A stretch of DNA of 17,432 nt, taken from positions 1-17,432 of the forward strand of contig JBHLNT010000079.1 in the NCBI GenBank assembly GCA_048941265.1, read 5' to 3'. A model generated the notes under the pieces. That model did no database searches. It was not told the DNA's origin and saw nothing but the letters and a program-made list of their open reading frames with translations. How positions within the stretch are numbered: position 1 is the stretch's first letter; each line of letters opens with the position of its first letter. Of the stretch, positions 9,135 to 15,407 are shown in pieces. Both the position numbers and the translations under genes were made by a program. This DNA comes from Promethearchaeota archaeon (GTDB lineage Archaea; Asgardarchaeota; Lokiarchaeia; Sigyniarchaeales; SOKP01).

Positions 9135-10652
9135 ATGGTAAAGTTGCATAATGCTAAAAAAACATGTTGGAATTGTCCAGCAGCAAAATTGAAAGGAAAT
9201 GTGGATTTTAGAGCCTGCGGTCAGGCCAGAGATAAGGGGTTAGATTTAACCGAAGGTGAAGAAATAGTAATTGAATGCAGAAGAAGAGCGGAATTAGGTT
9301 ATTTTGAGCCGAATATTACGTTTGAGCAATGTCCTGAATGGGTGCCTAGCGATTATGGTTATATATTGAGAAATATGAAGGTGATGATTCTAGGGATTGA
9401 TGGGTACTTAGGTTGGAGTTTAGCTTTGAAATTAGCAAAATTGGGCTTTCAAGTAAGTGGACTAGATAATTTCACACGTAGAGATTGTGTTATGGAAAAG
9501 GGTGCGCACACTATTGTACCAATAGAAAGAATGACAACGAGATTACAATTAGCAAGAGAAGTTCATGGGATAACAATTAATTTTAGAAACATAAATCTTA
9601 GTGAATCAGCAAAATTGAGGGAATTTTTAGAAGAAATAAAACCAGAGTCTATTGTACATTATGCTGAAATTCCGAGTGCACCCTATAGCATGGCTGATAT
9701 GGAGCATGCTGTCAAAGTTCAAGAAAATAATGTACTTGGTACATTAAAATTATTATGGTTAATGAAAGAGATAGTTCCGGAATCAAATTTAATTAAACTA
9801 GGCACAATGGGTGAATATGGAACCCCCTTAACAGGTAGACCTCTATTTGAGGGATTATTTCCAGCAGATGCAAGTATAGAGTGGGATAACAGAAAATGGA
9901 GTTTAGGTGGTGAAACAACCCCAAGAGACCCTGCCAGTTTCTATCATGTAAGTAAAGTTCAAGATACATTTAATATTTTAGAAGCGTGTAAATATTGGTG
10001 GCTTCGATCCTATGATGTCATGCAAGGAGTTATTTTTGGAGTATTCACAGAAGAATTGGCAGTTGATAAAAGATTAAGAACACGTTTTGATATCGATGAG
10101 TGGTTTGGAACTGTAATTAACAGATTTGTTGCCCAAGCAGTTGCGGGGATTCCTTTAACTATTTATGGAAAAGGAGAACAAATAAGAGGATTTATTGCTC
10201 TAAATGATGCTATGCAATGTATGATAAGATTAATTATAACACCACCAGAACCTGGACAGTATGACGTTGTTAATCAAGTGTCTGGGCTATACAAGTTAGT
10301 TGATTTAGCAGAAAAAGTTGCACATGTAGGAAAAGTAAAATTTGGCTTAGAAACTAAACTACAAAGAATAGAAAATCCACGAGTTGAGGCAGATACCCAT
10401 CCGTTTGAGGTAGTATCCAAAAAATTACCCAGAGTTTTTGGTTTTACCCCACAAATCAAGTTAGAAGAAGAAATAGAAAGAATGTTTAAAGTATTATTAG
10501 AAGATGACATAAAGAATAGAATTGAATTGAAGCGGCATACAATATTACCTGTAACTACATGGCAGGGAGATAAACGTAATATGAGATTGTTAGAAAAATA
10601 TGATCCCGGCACTAAAGATTATAAAGGATATAAACCTATATTTGACACGTAA
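9135..10652 (+). CDS. sqdB: UDP-sulfoquinovose synthase (SqdB/SQD1/Agl3 family) with an extra N-terminal Cys-rich domain
   Basis: From M81: ILGIDGYLGW, DNFTRR, SAPYSM, NNVLGT, KLGTMGEYGTP, SFYHVSKVQD (YxxxK), QGVIFG, RFDIDEWFGTVINRF, GIPLTIYGKGEQIRGF, ENPRVE. These match SQD1/Agl3 signature segments. Confidence 0.92.
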   Translation: MVKLHNAKKTCWNCPAAKLKGNVDFRACGQARDKGLDLTEGEEIVIECRRRAELGYFEPNITFEQCPEWVPSDYGYILRNMKVMILGIDGYLGWSLALKLAKLGFQVSGLDNFTRRDCVMEKGAHTIVPIERMTTRLQLAREVHGITINFRNINLSESAKLREFLEEIKPESIVHYAEIPSAPYSMADMEHAVKVQENNVLGTLKLLWLMKEIVPESNLIKLGTMGEYGTPLTGRPLFEGLFPADASIEWDNRKWSLGGETTPRDPASFYHVSKVQDTFNILEACKYWWLRSYDVMQGVIFGVFTEELAVDKRLRTRFDIDEWFGTVINRFVAQAVAGIPLTIYGKGEQIRGFIALNDAMQCMIRLIITPPEPGQYDVVNQVSGLYKLVDLAEKVAHVGKVKFGLETKLQRIENPRVEADTHPFEVVSKKLPRVFGFTPQIKLEEEIERMFKVLLEDDIKNRIELKRHTILPVTTWQGDKRNMRLLEKYDPGTKDYKGYKPIFDT

Positions 10653-10653
10653 A

Positions 10654-10968
10654 ATGGAAATCAACGATAAAAATTTTGAACAAGAAATAATAAATTCCAA
10701 AATTCCAGTATTAATCGAATTTTGGGCTTCTTGGTGTGTCCCTTGTAAGATGATGGATTATCTCCTTAAAGATTTGGAGGAAGAATATAACGGAAAAATT
10801 ATTATCGCAAAATTAAATATAGATAGAAATAAATTAATACCAACAAAATTCAATCTTACAGGAGTGCCAACATTTATTTCATTTAAGAAAGGAAAACTTA
10901 TAGAATCGAAAGTAGGTGCATTAACAAAAGAAGATTTGATTAAAATGATTGAAAATATATTGGAATGA
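10654..10968 (+). CDS. trxA: Thioredoxin (WCVPC active site)
   Basis: MEINDKNFEQEIINSKIPVLIEFWASWCVPCK...KLNID...GVPTF. ATG 10654, 1 nt after the sqdB stop, gives a typical 104-aa thioredoxin and is preferred over the ORF-track start at 10600. Confidence 0.92.
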   Translation: MEINDKNFEQEIINSKIPVLIEFWASWCVPCKMMDYLLKDLEEEYNGKIIIAKLNIDRNKLIPTKFNLTGVPTFISFKKGKLIESKVGALTKEDLIKMIENILE

Positions 10969-11022
10969 TTAAAAAACTTCCAATATATTAAATAAATTTT
11001 TAATCCATAAAAGATGACTTAT

Positions 11023-11937
11023 TTACAATTTCTTTTCATTTATTAAAGCTCTTATACTCTTTTTTATAGATTTAATTTCATTACTTTTTTCATCTTCCAA
11101 TTTTAAATGTTGGCCAGGAATAAATCGATGTTTATCATTTTTTAATATTAACCAAGGCACTTTAACTAAATGTTTTACCCGCAAATGTGGTATATGACTA
11201 AATTTAAAGTATTCTCCCATCAAATTACCATGATCTGAAGAGATCACGACTTTTCCATTTAATTGGTCAACAAGTTTATAGATTTCATTCATAACTAATC
11301 TAAGAGTCCTTATATATGCAATCCATACTCTTCTAAGCGGGATTTTATTTTTTTTAATTACTTTCCATAAATCTAATTCACCAAGCTCAGGATTAATATA
11401 TTTAGATTCATTTCGCAAGTTATCTAAAATCTCAATAAACTCAGCATCACCGATGTATGGTCGGTGAGGTTGATTATAGTGTATCAAAATTCTTTTATTA
11501 GGATATTCCTCTACCATATTTAAGGTTGCTCTCGTAACTTCTTTGGGAGGAACAGTTCTTAATTTATTATCCCATCCATAATCCCAAACATCAATAGTTT
11601 TAAAGAATGGATTAAAACCAAATGTTTTCGCTAAGTTTAGATTTGATAGGCGAGGATTACTACTTATGCAGATTACATCATTATAATTTCCGTTAAAATT
11701 CCATTTTAACCATTCTTGTGTAGTAGAACCACCTGAAATAACATAGGGTGCATTTCTTTTTACAAACCGAGAAAAAAGATCATACCTACAGGCATCAATG
11801 ATAATAAGATAGTCCCAGTCTTGATCCATGATCCTTATAGCATTTCTTTTTGAATATTTTCTACTGAACTTACCAAAGAAGTTCAATAATTTTCGACGTA
11901 AAATCCTTCTAAGCCCCATCAGCTGTGATCTCAACAC
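11023..11937 (-). CDS. Small alkaline-phosphatase-core (sulfatase/LTA-synthase-like) protein
   Basis: DWDYLIIIDACRYD, SGGSTTQEW, IHYNQPHRPY, SSDHGNLMGE, H...VKVPW. This type is common in archaeal glycosylation clusters. GTG start; the exact start is uncertain. Confidence 0.82.
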   Translation of the reverse strand: MLRSQLMGLRRILRRKLLNFFGKFSRKYSKRNAIRIMDQDWDYLIIIDACRYDLFSRFVKRNAPYVISGGSTTQEWLKWNFNGNYNDVICISSNPRLSNLNLAKTFGFNPFFKTIDVWDYGWDNKLRTVPPKEVTRATLNMVEEYPNKRILIHYNQPHRPYIGDAEFIEILDNLRNESKYINPELGELDLWKVIKKNKIPLRRVWIAYIRTLRLVMNEIYKLVDQLNGKVVISSDHGNLMGEYFKFSHIPHLRVKHLVKVPWLILKNDKHRFIPGQHLKLEDEKSNEIKSIKKSIRALINEKKL

Positions 11938-11949
11938 ACTTATTAATTG

Positions 11950-13200
11950 TTAAAAATTTTTTAGGTATAGTTTTAGATCTTCAACTCTGCGATCCCATGA
12001 AAATTTTATGATTTTTTCTTTATCAATAGTATTAGAAAATTTATTAGAAAAAATATCAGAAATTAATTTTTCAAAAATTTTCTGCCCTTTATTTGTATTA
12101 TTTATCGGTATAGTAATTCCAAAATCATTCTCAATTAGAAATCTGGCCGTAAAGGAATTTTCACGACCTAAATAAATAATTTTTTTTCTACAACTTAAAT
12201 AATCCCAAACTTTGAATCCTATAGTTGGGTAATTCAAATTTTCGCCTATATGAACTGTTAAATAGCTTTTTTTAATTTCTTCATAAATCTGTGAACGTTT
12301 AAGAAATTTTCCCAAATATACAAGATCTGTAATATTATACAGTTTTAAGGTTGTATTAAGTGCACTTTCATCATAAATACCAAATATCTTAAATATAAAT
12401 TTATTTTTATTTAATTTGTTTTCTTTCTTGAGATTTGAAATTATTCTTAAAATGGGTTCAATGTTTCTACTTCCATATAATTTTCCTATAAAAGTAATAA
12501 TTATTCTTTTTTCATCATTTCCTCCAAAGCCATTATAATTTATTAAGTTTAACCCATTTGGGATAATATAAATTGGTTTATTACTAATCTCAGGAAAATG
12601 TTTTAGTAAGAATATTTTTAAAGGTTCACTTACCGTGATTATCATGTCTGATGACTTCAAAATTTTACGCTCTATTTTTAATTGTATAAAATGATTAAGA
12701 TTCTTTTTAAAGTTAAGTCCATGTGGATTAAAAGTCCATGGGTCCCTATACTCTATCAGTAAAGGAAGATTATAATTTTTTTTCAAAAGATATCCAATTA
12801 AATGAGAGTAATATGGCGGTCCTGTGGAATAAATAAATTTAATTTCATTATGAATTTGTAGAAGCTTACATCCCCGTATGTAACCAAATGGAACCCAATG
12901 TGTGTATGTATATAAGTTAAAGAATTTTCCGATAATTTTAAAAAACAAAGTTCTTAAACTAAACTTCTTTTTTAACTCAATAATAGCAGTTTTATGAACT
13001 TCTAAATTTGGGGGAAGTTCTTTAACCAATGAATAATCTTTTGGTTCTCTTATTTCAAGTCTTCGAGTTAGAATTATCGGAAGAAAGTCATCTTTAATTA
13101 TTCTTTTTGATATTTCTAAGGCACGAATACTATTTTGGTTATTTACGGGCGGAAAGGAATTAACGATAAATAAAAATTCCTTCTTGAATTTATTTTTCAT
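11950..13200 (-). CDS. Glycosyltransferase family 4 (WbuB-like)
   Basis: NSFPP, STGPPYYSH, EYRDPW, ITVSE, IPNG, FIGKLYGSRN, KVWDYL. Confidence 0.88.
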   Translation of the reverse strand: MKNKFKKEFLFIVNSFPPVNNQNSIRALEISKRIIKDDFLPIILTRRLEIREPKDYSLVKELPPNLEVHKTAIIELKKKFSLRTLFFKIIGKFFNLYTYTHWVPFGYIRGCKLLQIHNEIKFIYSTGPPYYSHLIGYLLKKNYNLPLLIEYRDPWTFNPHGLNFKKNLNHFIQLKIERKILKSSDMIITVSEPLKIFLLKHFPEISNKPIYIIPNGLNLINYNGFGGNDEKRIIITFIGKLYGSRNIEPILRIISNLKKENKLNKNKFIFKIFGIYDESALNTTLKLYNITDLVYLGKFLKRSQIYEEIKKSYLTVHIGENLNYPTIGFKVWDYLSCRKKIIYLGRENSFTARFLIENDFGITIPINNTNKGQKIFEKLISDIFSNKFSNTIDKEKIIKFSWDRRVEDLKLYLKNF

Positions 13201-13327
13201 TCTAAATTAAATTTATAGTCCACATTTTTTTTAATTTTATTTTTTTTGTATTTAAATTAAGAAAACTTAAATTATTTTTAATTTTATAAGATAAATTATT
13301 GAGTTAAAAAGCAGTTAAATAGTTTTT
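13201..13327. promoter_or_regulatory. Divergent promoter region
   Basis: 127-nt extremely AT-rich gap between divergently oriented genes, with several TATA-like words (TTTAAAT, TTTTATAA). Exact elements cannot be assigned. Confidence 0.45.
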
Positions 13328-15352
13328 ATGAACCTAATAAAAATTTTCAGGTTTTTCAATTTATTCAATTTAGTAAATCATTATAAACCCTATCTTTTAA
13401 ACCGATTTTTATATAGATATGACTTAAAAAAGCGGATGATTTTACTTAATTCGATAAAATCAGAATTATTTTTCGAGAAATATTTTAAGGAATCATTAAA
13501 TTATGATAAATTGAGAGAAAAATTTTTTAGTAGAAACCTTTTTGCATATTCCAATGATATTGAATATGAAGATCTAATTGAAAATCTCAATACGTACTGT
13601 TCTGATTCAATTAAAGGTTTTTTAAAGTATGCTGATGATATTTTAAATCGAACATTCAATATATACGAAAAAGACTACACATTTGATAGAAAAATAAATT
13701 GGCATTATAGTTTTTTCAATAATTACATTTGGGAATTAAAAAGATCAGATAAAATCAATATCCATCCCCAAAACAAAAATATTGATGTAAAATATGTTTG
13801 GGAATTCAACCGCCATCAGTATTTGACTTATTTAGGTTTTGCTTTTTACTTTACAAAAGATGAAAAATTCGCAATTAAATTCAAGAATCTCATTCTAAAT
13901 TGGATAAAAGAGAATCCCCCTTTATATGGAATTAATTGGATTTCCGGTCTAGAAATTTCGATTAGATTAATTTCATGGATTTTTACACTATTTTTTTTTA
14001 AGAATTCAAAAGAAATTAATAATAATGTTTTTTTTAGGAAAATTTTCAATTCAATGTTTCAGCATGCTTATTATTTGAGATACTTCTACATGCGTAGGTC
14101 ATTTAACCATACAATTGGAGATTTAACTGGTTTATACTTATTTTCCAAAATTTTTATGGATATTCGCCCGATTAAAAAATGGGAGAGATTTTCATTCAAA
14201 AAATTAATAAAACAAATTCACCTACAAGTTAGGGACGATGGCACGAATATAGAACAGTCTGTAAATTATCATAAGTTTGTACTCGAATTTTTTACTATTT
14301 TTCTTATTCTTAATTTAAATCGCTTAAATAAAAATACAATCCTATTAATTGAAAAAATGGTGGAATATCTTGTATACATAATAAAACCTAATAATTCATT
14401 ACCATTAATCGGAGATATTGATAATGGAAAAGTACTTCTATTGACTTACTATAACAATAATTCTTATATAGATTTAATTAATTTGGGATCTATCTTATTC
14501 GAAAGACAAGATTTTAAGAGCGTTTCCAAAAGTATATCTCCGATTAGCTTATTATTTTTAGGTGATAAAGGTCTTAAAATCTTTAATGCTCTTAAATACA
14601 AAGAACCTAAGGAAAAAGTTAAATATTTTGATAAAGGTGGTTTTGTTGTAATAAGAGATAATTGGAATGAGTATGCAAGTTATTTGTTTATAGATATGGG
14701 GAGATTTGGTCCCCAAAATGCTGCTCATTCTCATAGTAGCATAACTAATTTTATTTATACTTCAAAAGGTAAAGATATCATTATAGACTCTGGAACATAC
14801 ACTTACAATAAATCTTGGAATGAAAGAAATATTTTTAGAGGTAGTAAAGCACATAATGTGGTGGAGATTGATCACCAAAACCAAGCTAAAATTAATGAAT
14901 GGTTTTCTTGGAAGAAAAAACCAAAAGTTAATAGAAGAATGGATTATAAAAACAATAAAATAAAAGCAAAATGCTCTCATGACGGATATGAAGGATTTAT
15001 TGTCAAAAGAATTATTGATACTAATGAGGATTTGAGAGAAATAACAATTAGAGATGTTATATTATTAGTCCAAGATTCCCTAATTAATCAAAAACACGAT
15101 ATTAAAATATATTTTCATTTTAATGAGGAAGTTATTATAAAACAAAAAAACAACAAAATAATGATCGATGAAGATATAATTTTTGAAGTAGATGCAAGCC
15201 ATAAATATAATATTTTTATCCAAAAATCAGAATACTCTCCAAGATACGGATTTATTTGTAATAATCATACTTTAATAATCCATTTAGAAAGTTTTTTTCT
15301 AGAAACTAATAAGATCGAGGTTGAAACCAAAATAAAACTCAAAAGTCAATAA
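13328..15352 (+). CDS. Heparinase II/III-family protein (alpha-toroid plus beta-sandwich, lyase-like)
   Basis: INWH, DVKYVWEFNRHQ, WIKENPPLYGINW, NH, DGTNIEQSVNYH, PLIGDIDNG, AHSH, DSGTYTYN, FRGSKAHN, HDGY. Confidence 0.9.
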   Translation: MNLIKIFRFFNLFNLVNHYKPYLLNRFLYRYDLKKRMILLNSIKSELFFEKYFKESLNYDKLREKFFSRNLFAYSNDIEYEDLIENLNTYCSDSIKGFLKYADDILNRTFNIYEKDYTFDRKINWHYSFFNNYIWELKRSDKINIHPQNKNIDVKYVWEFNRHQYLTYLGFAFYFTKDEKFAIKFKNLILNWIKENPPLYGINWISGLEISIRLISWIFTLFFFKNSKEINNNVFFRKIFNSMFQHAYYLRYFYMRRSFNHTIGDLTGLYLFSKIFMDIRPIKKWERFSFKKLIKQIHLQVRDDGTNIEQSVNYHKFVLEFFTIFLILNLNRLNKNTILLIEKMVEYLVYIIKPNNSLPLIGDIDNGKVLLLTYYNNNSYIDLINLGSILFERQDFKSVSKSISPISLLFLGDKGLKIFNALKYKEPKEKVKYFDKGGFVVIRDNWNEYASYLFIDMGRFGPQNAAHSHSSITNFIYTSKGKDIIIDSGTYTYNKSWNERNIFRGSKAHNVVEIDHQNQAKINEWFSWKKKPKVNRRMDYKNNKIKAKCSHDGYEGFIVKRIIDTNEDLREITIRDVILLVQDSLINQKHDIKIYFHFNEEVIIKQKNNKIMIDEDIIFEVDASHKYNIFIQKSEYSPRYGFICNNHTLIIHLESFFLETNKIEVETKIKLKSQ

Positions 15353-15370
15353 ATTATATTAATAATTATA

Positions 15371-15378
15371 TTTTATAA
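15371..15378 (+). promoter_or_regulatory. Candidate TATA box for the oxidoreductase gene
   Basis: TTTTATAA ends about 30 nt upstream of ATG 15408; no SD sequence. Confidence 0.25.
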
Positions 15379-15407
15379 TCTCAATTTGCTATAATATTTC
15401 GAATTCT

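Noticed and set aside
10600-10653. ORF-track N-terminal extension of thioredoxin
   Set aside because: It overlaps the sqdB 3' end; ATG 10654 gives a canonical thioredoxin start and length.
11880-11937. Twin-arginine (Tat) signal in MLRSQLMGLRRILRRKLL
   Set aside because: No hydrophobic h-region or cleavage site follows the RR pairs.
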